The position numbers and the translations under genes were made by a program. Shown one piece after another: positions 12,486 to 25,563 of a DNA stretch of 64,000 nucleotides (positions are counted from its first letter, which is position 1; every line of letters begins with the position of its first letter). Origin of the DNA: Anolis carolinensis (lineage: Eukaryota); contig NC_085842.1 in NCBI RefSeq assembly GCF_035594765.1, positions 314,325,749 to 314,389,748 on the forward strand, given 5' to 3'. A model generated the notes under the pieces. That model was not told the DNA's origin. It saw only the letters and a list, made by a program, of their open reading frames with translations, and made no database searches.

Positions 12486-12808
12486 CAGTAGAGTCTCACT
12501 TATCCAAGCTAAACGGGCCAGCAGAAGCTTGGATAAGCGAATATCTTGGATAATAAGGAGGGATTAAGGAAAAGCCTATTAAACATCAAATTAGGTTATG
12601 ATTTTACAAATTAAGCACCAAAACATCATGTTATACAACAAATTTGACAGAAAAAGTAGTTCAATACGCAGTAATGTTATGTTGTAATTACTGTATTTAC
12701 GAATTTAGCACCAAAATATCACGATATATTGAAAACATTGACTACAAAAATGGCTTGGATTATCCAGAGGCTTGGATAAGCGAGGCTTGGATTAGTGAGA
12801 CTCTACTG
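12486..12808. mobile_element. Tc1/mariner MITE, full length
   Basis: TIR CAGTAGAGTCTCACTTATCCAA, TA on both flanks; other copies at 32781 and 63773. Confidence 0.9.
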
Positions 12809-13201
12809 TAATTGAATCATAGAATCATAGAGTCGGAAGAGACCCCAAAAGCCATCCAGTCCAAACCCATTTCACCATGCAGGAATGCACAAGCAAAACA
12901 CGCCAACAAATGGCCACCCAGTTCTCTGCCTAAAAAATCTCTCGAGAAGGAGACCCAACCACATCCCAAGGCATATCCCACCAATGAACAACTTTTGCAG
13001 CCAGGAGTTCTTCCTAATGTTTACATGGACCTCGCCACCCCCACCCCCGGGGCAATGTGAATCCATTGCACTGTGATCTAGTCTCCAGAGCATCAGAAGT
13101 CAGGTTTGCCCCCCCCCCCCCTCAATGTGAAATCCTTTCAAATATTTAAACATGGCTGTCATCTCTCCTCTCATACTTCTTTTCTCCAAGCTAAACACAC
13201 C

Positions 13202-13255
<54 letters not shown>

Positions 13256-13587
13256 ACTTTATTTGTACCCCGCTAGCATCTCCCGAAGGACTCGATGCGG
13301 CTTACAAAGGCCAAGGCCTCAACACACAATATAACAATACAAAACAAAAGGCAAATTAAAAACAATTAAAACAGTATAAACAACAAGCAATAAACAATAC
13401 GCTAAAACACAATAAAACTGGGCCGGGCCAGAGTAATGGGTACAAGATTAAAAGTGCTGATGTGACAGGTGATATATAAGGCTTATAGGGCAAGTGCAGA
13501 GTGCGATATACGATCTTAATTCTAATAAAGTGCTTATGGGACTTGGTGTTGGAGATTTCCTATTAATCTGGGAAGGCACATTGGAAC
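13202..13587 (-). mobile_element. Young L2 LINE, 3' end only, with (TAA)n tail
   Basis: Near-identical to 37199-37592 (only a few visible mismatches). Confidence 0.9.
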
Positions 13588-13597
13588 CTAGTCCCCA

Positions 13598-13887
13598 TTT
13601 TTTTTAGTGTCAGGAGCAACTTGAAAAACTGCAAGTTGCTTCTGGTGTGAGAGAATTGGCTGTATGCAAGGATGTTGCCCAGGGGATGCCAGGATGTTTT
13701 TGATGTTTATACCATCCTTGACAGAGGCTTTTCTCATGTCCCCACATAGGGAGCTGGAGCTGACAGAGGGAACTCATCTGTGCTTTCACCAGATTAGAAC
13801 TGGCAACCTTCAGGTCAGCAACCCAATCTTCAGGTCAGCAGTCCTGCTGGCACAAGGGTTTAACCCATTGCACCACTGGGGCTCCAT
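13598..13887 (-). mobile_element. tRNA-derived SINE with A-tail (possibly Vingi-partnered)
   Basis: tRNA-like head ggagcccccagtggtgcaatgggttaaacc on the minus strand and a poly-A tail; copies at 30303 and 47567. Confidence 0.75.
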
Positions 13888-15160
13888 GTAGCTCCCTAAG
13901 CTACTCCGAACCTTTGGCTTCCAAAACTTTGTCCATTTTGGTTACCCTTCTCTGGACATCATCTATCTTGTCCATATCCTTCTTGAATAGCTTTGCCCAG
14001 AACTGGACACAGTGCCATTCCAGGTTAGGTTTGATCAAAGCAGAATAGAGTTAGACTATGACTTCCATCACTCTCGATATACTATATTCCTACTGATGCA
14101 GCTTGAATCACATTGGCTTTTGAGTTGCCACATCCCACTGTTTTTAGCTGCCACATCAAGTGGCATTTTGGATAAAGGATATGTACCATTCAGCAAAGTA
14201 GGTGAGAAACTAACTTCAACAGACTTCTTTTACTCATGTAGGAATCACTGAATGATTGCCACTGTGAGCCCCAGACATTTTAGTGTATTAAGCTGCGGGC
14301 AGGGGGCAGGAATGTAAAATTGCAAGAAATGTGTCCAAAAACTACCCCTTCTCTTTCACTCCCTCCTTTGAAAGTTGGCATATGTTTTTGGGGTAATAAA
14401 ATGCCAGGAAACAAATGTTTCAGTGGAAAAGGAAACTCTCAAAAGACTTTAGATCAACAATGCCCAGAAATGGGAGAGGGCCAAGGCTGGTCTGAACAAG
14501 CTCTTGAATGTAGGCTGAATGTAATCGGATGCTGTTCCTGAAAGGCGGCACGGTGCAAGGTCAGTTGTAGGGCAGGGCGGGGGATTTCTCCCGTCACCTC
14601 ACATACTTGGTTTCTTAGCACAATGAATATTTTCATTGTGAAAGGATTTAACTGGAATATTTAGGCAACTAAGAAGTAATGCAACTGCTCCCCGTTTGGC
14701 AGATCTGAATTAAACATTGCACTTCTGTCGCTTGCAAATTTCAATCCAATAATTTGGCACTCATTTTGAAACTCATTAGTTTTTCAATAAATATGACTTA
14801 AAGCTGTTGCAGAATGTGAGAAATATTTATGCTTCTCACAAGCAGAATACAGTAAGCCCTTTTCATGTGTACATTGATTATTCATGTAACTGTATGGTCT
14901 ACGTCTACTTCAGGTTGACAATAGAGGTTTGCTGTAGAACCAAGAGGTTGTTAAAGAGAGTGCCACTCTATGAATCTTTAGGTCCTTCAGCTCCATTCTA
15001 TGGTGGATATTGACCATCAACTCACACTAAGGATTCCTAGAGGGAACACTTCTCCAGACATTTGTAGGTCCTCCAGTGCAAAGTTCGATGGGACCTAGAA
15101 ATGCAATGTAGGGTTGTTGTATGTTTTCCGGGCTGTATGGCCATATTCCAGAAGTATTCT

Positions 15161-15204
15161 CTCCTGACGTTTCACCCACATCTATGGCAGGCATCCTCAG
15201 AGGT
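15161..15204 (-). ncRNA. Minimal type-I hammerhead ribozyme motif
   Basis: CTGAGGA, helix II, GAAAC-GTC on the minus strand. Confidence 0.7.
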
Positions 15205-15456
15205 TGTGAGGTATAGAGAAACTAAGCAAGGAAAGTTTATATATCTGTGGAAAGTCCAGGGTGAGAGAAGAACTCTTTTGTCAGTTGGAGGCCAGTGAGA
15301 ATGTTGTCATTAATCACCTTAATTAGCATTGAATAGCTTCATCTCCTGGCTTCTTCCTGTCCGTGGGAATCCTTTGTTCAGAGTCATTAGCCACCCCTGA
15401 TTGATTCATGTCTGGAACTCCTCTGTTGTCAGAGTGTGGCTTCTTATTTATAGTAA

Positions 15457-15498
15457 CCTCTGAGGATGCCTGCCATAGATGTGGGGGAAACGTCAGGA
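15457..15498 (+). ncRNA. Minimal type-I hammerhead ribozyme motif
   Basis: cct-CTGAGGA(15460-15466)-tgcctgccatagatgtgggg-GAAACGTC(15487-15494)-agg. Confidence 0.65.
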
Positions 15499-15524
15499 GA
15501 GAATACTTCTGGAACATGGCCATA

Positions 15525-15858
15525 GGTAAAGGTAAAGGTTTTCCCCTGACATTAAGTCCAGTCATGTCCGACTCTGGGGGTTTGTGCTCATCTCCATTTC
15601 TAAGCCGAAGAGCCGGCGTTGTCCGTAGACACCTCCAAGGTCATGTGGCCGATATGACTGCATGGAGCGCCGTTACCTTCCCGCCGGAGCAGTACCTATT
15701 GATCTACTCACATTTGCATGTTTTCGAACTTCATAGGTTGGCAGAAGCTGGAGCTAACAGCGGGCACTCACTCCGCTCCTGGGGTTTGAACCTGGGACCT
15801 TTCGGTCTGCAAGTTCAGCAGCTCAGCGCTTTAACACACTTCACCACCGGGGCTCCTT
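15525..15858 (-). mobile_element. Sauria SINE, full length
   Basis: tRNA-like head, BovB-type (ACCTTT)n tail; 12-bp TSD aacatggccata/aacatagccata. Confidence 0.9.
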
Positions 15859-16096
15859 AACATAGCCATACAGCCCAGAAAATATATAACAAACCTGTGA
15901 TCCCGGCCATGAAAGCCTTCGACAACACAATGCAATGTAGTTTACACTGGGGCAAGCTGATGTGCATTAATGGCTCTGATTTGGAGTATCCCCCAACTTT
16001 GCTTATCTTGGTTTAAAGAATGCTGCAGTGTACCTTTGTGGCATGGATTGTATACTATGTTGTCAAGCTGCATTAAATGGTCAGTATAGATGTGTC

Positions 16097-16423
16097 TTCT
16101 TGGGCCGCAAGAAGACCCAACCAGTCCATCCTCCAGGAGATAATGCCCGGCTGCTCACTGGAGGGAAGGATATTAGAGGCAAAGATTAAGTACTTTGGCC
16201 ACATAATGAGAAGACAGGAAAGCTTGGAGAAGAGAAAGATGCTGGGGAAAATGGAAGGAAAAAGGAAGAGGGGCCGACCAAGGGCAAGATGGATGGATGG
16301 TATCCTTGAAGTGACTGGTTTGATCTTGAAGGAGCTAGGGATAGCGACAGCTGACAGGAAGCTCTGGCATGGAATGGTCCTTGAGGTCACGAAGAGTCAG
16401 AAGTGACTGAACGAATAAACAAC
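16097..16423 (+). mobile_element. BovB (RTE) LINE 3' fragment
   Basis: Encodes WAARRPNQSILQEIMPGCSLEG...YFGHIMRR...GKRKRGRPRARWMDGI; 11-bp TSD atagatgtgtc. Confidence 0.9.
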
Positions 16424-16554
16424 ATAGATGTGTCCTGAATCTTTCTCCCATCACAGTGTCCAAAGATGCTGCATCCTTCTTTTAGAATGGCTTCAAACCA
16501 TTCCTGGAGCATAATCCATTTCTCCTTCGTGCTTCTTTTCTAGCTCCCTCCCAC

Positions 16555-16846
16555 CTTGAGAAGCATGTGCTTCTCGTTCCAGCTCTTCTAACAACTTGGT
16601 TGTTGAGCTCTTCTTTCCTTCGTCTATCGAGTCCGTGGCGAGTTTCCCTTCTTCATTAAGGTGGTTTTTCAAATGGGACCAGAGCTCTTTCCCAGATGTG
16701 GATCTTGCGCAGACAGATTGCTCGGCTGTAATCGCTTCCAGCTGCTGGCGAGGCCTTGCCAACCAATTCCCCATCAGGAACGCAGGGTTTGCACCACAAA
16801 TCAGGGAGAACATTGTAAAACGATAATGTGTTACACTCCGCAGTAC
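16555..16846 (-). CDS. Candidate 292-nt coding exon of an unidentified gene
   Basis: Acceptor tcattcttccag|, donor caag|gtggga; open frame VLRSVTHYRFTMFSLICGANPAFLMGNWLARPRQQLE...LEREAHASQ; CpG-retaining, non-repeat composition. Confidence 0.45.
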
Positions 16847-17454
16847 CTGGAAGAATGATCGGCTTTATAACTGAACTAATTGGCATTGGGGGGGGGGGGG
16901 GGTGCGGAAGGGGTGAGGTTACTACGAAGGTCAAAGAAGTGACAAAGGATTTTTAAAAGAAAAAGGTCTTCTGTTGGATTGATTTTGCTTCGTTTGTTTT
17001 GGTTGTCAAGATATTCCCAACTCATCTGGGATTGCAATTTGTAACGGCGGTTCCTTTGTGTCCAGAATGTACTGCGGTAAACTCAAGGGACTTGGAGGTA
17101 AATGGAATGCTCTACTTACAGGAGAAATTTCCACTCATGGAAACTTATATTTTATTAATTTTTATTTAATTTTTATTACATTTTTCAGAAAATAAAATTT
17201 AAATTCAACCAATTAAAAAAGCAAAATAAAACCAGACACAAATAAAGCAAACAATAAAAAATAACCCCCTAATTCTCTCTCTGCATGACTTTCCCCTCAC
17301 TCTTATATCCCCTCCCCTTTTTTAAAAAAATACTTAGAACATTAAAAAGACACAGCTTTATGACTGAAAGCTTTTGCCGGTGACTACAGCCTGTTTCTGT
17401 GAATGGAGAAGTTTGGATCCAATTCATTGGCTGTTTGGCACCATGGTTGGAATC

Positions 17455-17620
17455 GTAGAATCATTAAATGTCAGAGCTGGAAGGGAACACAAAGGTCATG
17501 TAGACCAACCCTCTTGCCAATTCAGGAAATCCCAGCTAATGGACCCTTTCAAATGACCATCAATCTTCTGCTTTAAATCCTCCAACAAAGAAAAGCCTAC
17601 CACTGTCCAAGATAGTGTAC
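17455..17620 (-). mobile_element. CR1 3' fragment; more degraded pieces at about 18740-18990 and 19715-19990
   Basis: Similarity to the other CR1 3' ends in the window. Confidence 0.6.
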
Positions 17621-20600
17621 ACTCCCAAAACTTGCCATATCTGTTTAGCCAAATCTGTCCATTAGATCTGGAGCAGCATAAAAAAATATTGCTCACTATT
17701 ATTTATATAAATAAAAATGTAATGTCAGTTTGTGAGGGACCTCATATCTCTCAAACTACTTCTCCAATTGGTTCAAAATTTGGACACAACGTAGCATTTG
17801 AACTGGTGAGTGTTTTAGAGTATTCACATGCCAACTATTATACACCAGTCACACCTGAGCCAGGTGAAACCATGCTTTGGTTCACGAACAGAGCCATCTG
17901 CTGGACAAACAAGCAACAGCCGCTGTACTACAAACGTGTTTTTAGGGAAGGAGGAGAAGGGCGTGCAGAGATGGTGAGGGCTCATGTTGAATCGCTTCAG
18001 TGACATGGAGTCATGGCCATTCCTATGGGTGGTCTCCTACCAAGCATTGATATTTCTCTCCCCAAATCCTGCTTCATGAACCTGGCTTAATTTTAAAATT
18101 AATTTAATAATTAAAAATACTGAAGTTCCAAAATATCACCACTTAGTTTCCCCTGTCATTTCTCCTTTATAGTCATTTTGGCTTTTGAAATTGCGCTAAG
18201 GCTAGCTTTTAAAATTTTGTTTCAGACTTCCGTGATTGAGAGCAATGAAATTGGGAGGAAGGAGATGACCTCAGAGAAGGGAGAAATAGAAATCAATGCC
18301 TTTTATCTCCTCGAGGGTTACAGGATTGGAGGGGGAAGTCTAAATCCCCAAAGTGGGGTCTATTCTCTCAGGACAATGCATTAGGTTTACTTGGGAGTAG
18401 TAGGACTGGAACAGAAAGTCTATATCCCCAAAGATTTTTTTCCTTAAAAAATTGAGTGGATGGGAACTGTACTCGCTCATGTGATAAATCTGAAAATGGA
18501 TGATTTTGGGGAAAAAGACAAGAAAGAACCATATGTGATGGGATCTGAGAAACAATACGATTTACTTTCTAATGCAACAGGACATAATGACATGGATATA
18601 TGATGCTTTCCCCACCCCACATGGGATGACTTCCTTAAAAATTACAAGGGAAGGAACAGTCTATATATGTTCAAGGAAGCTATTCCAAGATTTGGAGCAA
18701 CAAAAGAGAAAGGATGAAGCGGAACTGGGGCCATCTAGTCCCATCCTTGCTATGCAAGAAATATAAATAATATGGTCATCTGACCTGTGTTTAAAGATAT
18801 CCAAAGAGAGAATCTGTCACCTTTGAGGCAGTATGTTCCACAGTTGAACAGCTCCTACCATCAGGTCTTTCTTTTCAAAGTTTGGGTGAAATTGCTTTTT
18901 TTTTTCATTTGAATCCATTGGTTTGTGTTCTGGTCTCCAGAGCAGCAGAAAACAAGCTTGCTCTATTTTCTATACAACATCTCTTCAAACATCACATTTT
19001 GTATTCACCTTCTTTTTATGCAGAAGCTAAAAAAGAAAAAAACCCCACACACCTTCCATTGGCATCTGATTCTCATTCTGCTCCTGGGACTCACAAGCAA
19101 AGTGAAAATGCTATATTAAAGAAAAAATATATAAATGAATTTCAGTATATAATACTAGCCTTCACTAGCACCATGCAGAATTCATAACTCAAGTGACTGC
19201 AAGAAGGGAAGAAAGAGCTTTTTTTGCATATATGAGAAATTTTTTGCATATATGAGAAGATTTCCTTCTCTGAAACCCCCAAAGAATAGATTTAGAAGGA
19301 ACACTTCCTGCTATAACATGGTAGAAACCATGGAGATGTGGACCTCATGTAGGAGTCGAGTCTTCATGGAAAAATGTCTGAGCATTTGAGCAGAAAATCA
19401 GAATCAAAGTATAAAACCTGAGGTTTAATAAATAGTTCATTTCTGCAAGTGTTCCTTTGAATTAAAAAGGCTACCTCTCCCAGAACACTACACATCGAAA
19501 AGATATGTTACGTAAAAATAGCTATGTTGGAAGACATCAAAAGGATGACCTAGTACAATATTTGTAACTTAGGCTGCATCTACACTTAAAATTAATACAG
19601 TTTGTCACAGCTTAATCTGCAATGGTTCACTGCTATACATGGCATTGTTTAAACCACTCTTAATGTCAAGCCACTTTTAATATTAAATTCAAATATACCA
19701 TCCTAGAACTTCAAACCATTAGACCTGGTCTGGAGGCAGCAGAGAACAGGCTGGCCCACTCCTCTAAGTGATAATTCATGGAGTATTTAAAGAGGGCAAT
19801 CGGGTCATCCTCACCAGCTTCTTCATCATCTCCTCAAATGTTTTCTTCTCCAAACCTTTCCACATTCTGCTTGTCCTTCTCTAAACTTGCTCCAACTTGT
19901 CTATATCCACCTTAAAATGAGGTTTCCAGAACCAAACTTAGAACTCGAGGTGAAATCTGACCAATGAAGAATATAGTGGGAATATTTTATCACTGGCACC
20001 TTCAAAGATCCTCTTTTCCTAATTTCAAATTGTTTTCAAATCCCAGTCCTTCTATTCTTGAGATCTTCCTGCCTTAGTGAATGTTGCAGAAGGATAGTCA
20101 CCACCCCTACATTATAAAATCAATGTCATTAATCAGGAAATCTTGGCAGACAAACCATACTTAGAGAAAAATGTAAGAGAATAAGTGAATTAATCAGTTA
20201 TTTCCAAGCTGGGTGGAAGAAATGTGGGGTGTGTTTTAGAATGCTATTTAAGACCCACATGTCTTCCCTCCATAAAACAAGTCCTGATTGATGTCTTTCC
20301 CGCAAACGTCTAAACACATTTTCCCTGTAGTACGACCATACTTTTTCTTTTAGCTGTTCCTACTAAATATGTCTTTGGTCTTTCTAATGTTTTGACTTAA
20401 ATGACAGTCTCTTCTTGTGGCATTTAAATTTTTAAAAGGATATATTTAAAGGACAATGTTATTATGCATGCAATACTTTCATAGATCAGGGGCATCGTTT
20501 CATGATTTAGCAGTGTGTCATTTCGAATCACTGTGTCATAGGGTTAGAATTTGTAACACAAGTACCTGAAGTGCTTAAAAAACCATAGAAGAATGAATTG

Positions 20601-20829
20601 TAGATTTTTTTTCCAGTTTTGGAATGGTGTTGGGAATATTGATTGCAATCAGCACTAGTATCACAGCTAGCTTTTCAGCATTCAGATCTATTGTTTGCTC
20701 TTCAATAGTAACTGTGATGGAAGCTACAAGCAGCGTAGACTCATATAATGTAGTTCAGTGCAGTTAAACTGCATTATAAAATTGCATTATAAAATATGGC
20801 AGTGTAGATAGGACCATGGTACTGGAAGA

Positions 20830-21345
20830 GATTATAAGAGCTGCCCAGTCCAATCCCATTCTCCTGAACAGATAGCTATCCAACTTCTGTTGAAACATTT
20901 TGAGAGAAGGAGAACTCTACCACACTCCTGGGAAGAATTTTTCACTGTCAAGTAGTTCTTATCCATCAGGAAGGTCTTTGTAATGATTAAGCAGAATCTC
21001 TTTTTCTGTAGTCTGAACATATTGCTCTGTGTCTACCTTCCATAAGTTTTATCTTCCATAAGACATTATTTCGAAATATTTAAACATGGCTATCATGTCC
21101 CATCTCAACCTTCTCTTCTCAACATTCCCAGATCCCTAAGCCGCCTCTCATAGGAGTTGGTTTCTAGGCCTTTAACCATTTTGGGCATCCTTCCCTGGAC
21201 ACCTTTTAGCTTGCCAATATCCTTCATGAATTGTGGTGCCTAGAACTGGATGCAGTATTCCAGGTGAAGTCTGACCAAAGCAGAATAGAGTGGGATGATG
21301 TCTTCTCTCAGTCTAGATACTATTCTCTTGTTAATGCAGCCCAGA
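20830..21345 (-). mobile_element. CR1 LINE fragment
   Basis: CR1 blocks such as aatatttaaacatggctatcatgtcc and agaactggatgcagtattccagg. Confidence 0.75.
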
Positions 21346-21452
21346 AGAACAGTCAGTCTCTTGCAGTCTCCTGTCATGCCGTCTGCCCCCTAAAGCTCTT
21401 GCACACTAAAGAATTATGCACCATTATTTTACTTTAACTGCAATTACAATAT

Positions 21453-21500
21453 CCGTCACGACTAGACTTAACGTCAGGGGAAACCTTTACCTTTACCTTT
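21453..21500 (+). mobile_element. Sauria SINE/BovB 3' tail fragment
   Basis: cacgactagacttaacgtcaggggaaacctttacctttaccttt. Confidence 0.75.
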
Positions 21501-23707
21501 ATATAAGTAGAAAGGGCCACTACCATGAATACTTTTTAAATATTAAAAATACTCTTTTATTTCATTTCCAATGAGACAGAGTATTAGGCACTTTACAGAG
21601 AAAGAAGGTAGGCATACAGACTATTCAACTACATTGGTTACACAAACAAACAAAAAGGGGAAAATTCACATTTACTCCAACATTCATTCACCATCCATTC
21701 ATTCATCATGCATACATTGCATCCTTTCTTCTATCTCCTGGAGAGGACATAGGCCAGTTCGCATCCCCTGCAAATCTGCCATTTTACAATACACCATTTT
21801 TCTCTGTCCCTTGGAGAAAGAGGTGAGTGTACAGACTCTTCCTGCAGTCTGCCACACTTTGGGAAAATAAAAATGTCTCTTATATATAGCATATTTCTTG
21901 CTGTTGTCATTCCAAGAAGTTAACTGACAGCTTGTTTTGCAGCTAAAACTTGTTGACTCCATCAGTTCCGGACAGATGTTGGCTTTCCTTCTTAACTAAT
22001 GTTTGCTTCCTTAACTTAAAGACTAATTGTCTTTGACTATGTAAACATGTTGTTTTCAAACAAAAATTAATCAATGCCTCTGGTCATGTCAGCAGTTCAG
22101 CAATTTAGTAGTTTTTCCGTCATCAGTCTTTTGTAGTTTTCCATTATGCCAATTTTAGGCCTCAGTGTTCTTAGGATGATGTCATCAGTCTTCACCAGAC
22201 CCCAATCATACACCTTTCATAAAATTTCATTCAATCCACACATCATATTTATCACACTACTCCGAATTCTCCAACAGCTCCAGTCTCCTGATAAAACTCC
22301 AAATCTCAAGATTCCATAGGATGCCATTGGTATATATTGGAATCACAATGCTATAGTTCTGTAATGGGAAGGAACTCCTGAAGAGACCAAGCTGTTCTTG
22401 ACCATTAGGTTAATGATCTGTATATACCAGTAGAAACTATTATCATCTAAAGATGGCTGAGGGTTTCATTTGGTTCATTTCCTTCCCAGTAAGAACCTTC
22501 CAGAGTTCATAGATCTCTTCACAAACACCCTGGGGCTGGAGACCGAATGAATCCAACTGTCCAAGTTGCTCATTTTGGGAGAGTATTTCCGAATGATTAG
22601 TTCTTGACAATCTGTCTTTTGGAACCCCTGTAAATTCATCTAGATTTGTTGTACAGTTTGAGCATCCTTTATCTAGAAACCTCAAATCAAAATTACTCTA
22701 AAATCCAAAATGCTGAGATAATGACACCTTTGCTTTCTGTCAGTTGAAACACAAGGTTTTCACATGAAGGTCTTTCATTCTTAAAATGATATAAATTGAA
22801 GATGAATTGACTACAATTATTGACAACAGCATCATCTTCATCATTATCATCACAGTAACAATAATTTAAAATCTGCATGGCAGGTGTGCAAAAGCAAATA
22901 GCGGATAATTTTAGTTTTTACTTCTTTTTTAAAAATACTTTCTATATATATCTGATGATAAAGAGCCTGGATTCTGTTATTTTTAAAATCAAATATGGGG
23001 AAAAAGAGAAACAGATTTATCTTTTTATGCTATGATTTTGTTCATGGAACTGGAGGTCTTGACAGAGATGCTATGCTGGATCTTCTAATACTCCAGAGAT
23101 GGCTAATGTCTAAAATAGTAGCGCTCTAAATATGATGAGAATTAGAAAAACTGTCCACTTATCACTCTTAAGCCAAAAAATCAATAGCAAATTTCTCTTT
23201 GCTCAAAGGACAAAACTATTTGCTTCACTTAGGCAGCAGCTGGCCAATCCCTCCCGCCAAAGATCTGACATTCCCATCCGAACTCAGTTTGAAGATATTG
23301 GCCTAATTCAACTGGCTAGCCTCTAATCATAGAAGGATTAGCACCTGCGATCTGTTCAAATTAGATAAACAGCTTCCATTACCTACAATGGGCTTAGTGG
23401 GAATGGGAGAAGGAAGGCTTCTTAAATTTAGAAACATTTGGTGCCATTGGCTGCTGTCTTTGATATGACCTTGGCGACAGCAGCATCAGACATTTCATCT
23501 GTTTTTGAAGCCCTCTTCTCAGTCTTGCATGGGATGTAATGCAAAGCTATCATGTTGTTCTTATCTGATATTAAGCTGACTTTGAGTTAGGGTGATTCTA
23601 TGCAAGATCCCCAGTCATCAGCTGCTCAGCTCAGGTTTTCCAAACACGGAGAAGACACAATTTTTTGAATGAATCAATACATTTCTAACAAAATCTTTCT
23701 CTTCCTT

Positions 23708-23928
23708 GGGTGCATCTATGCTATAGAATTAATGTCATTTGACATTACTTTAACTGCCATGGCTCAATGGTATGAAATTCTGGGATTTGTAGTTTGGTAA
23801 GGCACCAGCACTCTTTGACAAAGAAAGCTAAAGGCATGTAAAACTACAGCTTCCATGATTCCATAGCAGTGAGCCATGGCAGTTTAAGTGGTGTCAAACT
23901 GCATTACTTCTATAGTGTAGATGCATCC
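23708..23928. mobile_element. Harbinger-type MITE; related pieces near 7190, 40141 and 46268
   Basis: TIRs gggtgcatcta ... tagatgcatcc and an internal inverted structure. Confidence 0.75.
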
Positions 23929-24095
23929 TTATGCTTTGTTGCTTTTTCTTATTAGCCATGTTTTTTCACAATACATTCCAAGGATGGGAGTCTCAGTTTA
24001 GTCATTTTGGCTTCTAGAGAGGGGAAAGTTGATGTAGGTTTTCTTTTTCACATTCCTTATTGATTTGCTTGCTGCTCCGCAAATGCTGATGAACA

Positions 24096-24346
24096 GGGTT
24101 GTTGTGTGTGTTTTTGGGCTGTATGGCTATCTTCCAGAAGTATTCTCTCCTGATGTTTCGCCTACATCTATGGCAGGCATCCTCAGAGGTTGTAAGGTAC
24201 ATGGAGAAACTAAGCAAGGAAGGTTTATATATCTGTGGCAGGTCCAGACTGGGAGAAGAACTCTTGTCAGTTGGAGGCCCGTGTGAATGTTATAATTAAT
24301 CACCTTAATTAGCATTGAATAGCTTCATCTTTTGGCTTCTTCCTGC
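24096..24346. mobile_element. Truncated Penelope-like element with a mutated hammerhead (GAAACATC)
   Basis: Colinear with 15111-15360. Confidence 0.8.
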
Positions 24347-24600
24347 CACTGGTTGACCTTGGGCAAATACCACTCTCTCAAGTGCAGAGGAACGCAATGG
24401 CAAATTCCCTCTGAACACATCTTACTCAGAAAACCCAGTGATAGCTTTCCTTATATGGGGATCCACCTGAAGGCATACAAAAACAACAATAACAAATCTT
24501 GCAGTAATAAATACAATAAATGCAATGTCCATAGGAGAAGATCCTATATCATACCTACATAGTGTACATTTACACTCATATAGATAAGTGGTGATTGTAC

Positions 24601-25063
24601 TATTATTTATTTACAGTATTTATATTCCGCCCTTCTCACCCCGAAGGGGATTCAGGGCGGATTACAATGAACACATATATGGCAAACATTCAATGCCAAC
24701 AGACAAACAACATATATAGACAGACACAGAGGCATTTAACATTTTTTTCCAGCTTCACAATTCCAGCCACAGGGGGAGCTGTTGCTTCACTGTCCACTAG
24801 TGGCTGTACTTCCTCATTCCTTTCCTCGTGTTTTGCTGGCAGTTTTATGATGTTGTAAATTAGTTAAATTAGCCTCCCACATAAAGCGTACCTAAATTTC
24901 CCTACTTGACAGATGCAACTGTCTTTCGGGGCTGCATAGGTCAACAGCAAGACGGGCTATTTAATGGTCGGGGGCTTAACCCGACCCGGGTTTCGAACTC
25001 ATGACCTCTCAGTCAGTAGTGATTTATTGCAGCTGGTTACTAGCAAGCTGCGCCACAGCCCGG
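24601..25063 (-). mobile_element. Anolis SINE2-family SINE, full length
   Basis: Head ccgggctgtggcgcagc, B-box, L2-type tail with (TAAA)n. Confidence 0.9.
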
Positions 25064-25563
25064 ACCTCTTCTGTTGATTACTATGCCACTCTTCTGTTGA
25101 TTACTGACATTACAAAACTAATTTCATATTTGTGAAAGTGTTGGCTGTTTCTGTAATCTCAGTGGTTCCTTGCAGGCCCTCGTGAGTAGTTGCAACACTT
25201 TCAAATTCAAGAATATGCTTGTAGAACTCCATTTATGCAACAGTAAAAAATGTCCAGGGAAGCTTGTTAATATTTGTCATCAAGTGGGCTTCCACTTATG
25301 GTGTGACGCCATGAATTAGAGACATCTAAGATCTCCAGTCATCAAATGCCCTGCTCTGGTCTTGCAAACTTAGGACTTGACTTCCTTGATTGAATCAATC
25401 CACCTCTTATTGCTTTTCCAGTTTTCCAAGCATTATCATGTTTGCCAATGAGTCATACCACCTCATGATATACTGAAAGTATGAAAACCTTGATTCTAGG
25501 AAGAGTTAAGACTTAATTTGTCATAAGATCCATTCATCTTTTTAGAAGACCACAGTATTGGTA

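Larger units (their letters stand above)
12815..14160 (-). mobile_element. CR1 LINE 3' region interrupted by an L2 end (13202-13587) and a SINE (13598-13887)
   Basis: CR1 3' repeat gaatcatagaatcatag; CR1 RT-region sequence resumes after each insert. Confidence 0.8.
15111..15929. mobile_element. Non-autonomous Penelope-like element with inverted pLTR arms, interrupted by a Sauria SINE
   Basis: About 90-bp inverted arms carrying hammerhead cores; ~12-bp TSD aatgcaatgtag (15100-15111 / 15929-15940). Confidence 0.8.

Noticed and set aside
13152-13334. Poly-Ile/Leu/Tyr ORFs (also at 37192, 60586, 61428, 63430)
   Set aside because: They are translations of (TTA)n microsatellite tails.
17695-17880. 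Possible short fourth Helitron
   Set aside because: The 5' part resembles 25798, but there are no clear TC/CTAG termini.
22443-22685. Minus ORF GVPKDRLSRTNHSEILSQ...; also 21699-21962
   Set aside because: No convincing donor site, and the first ORF starts inside a MITE fragment.
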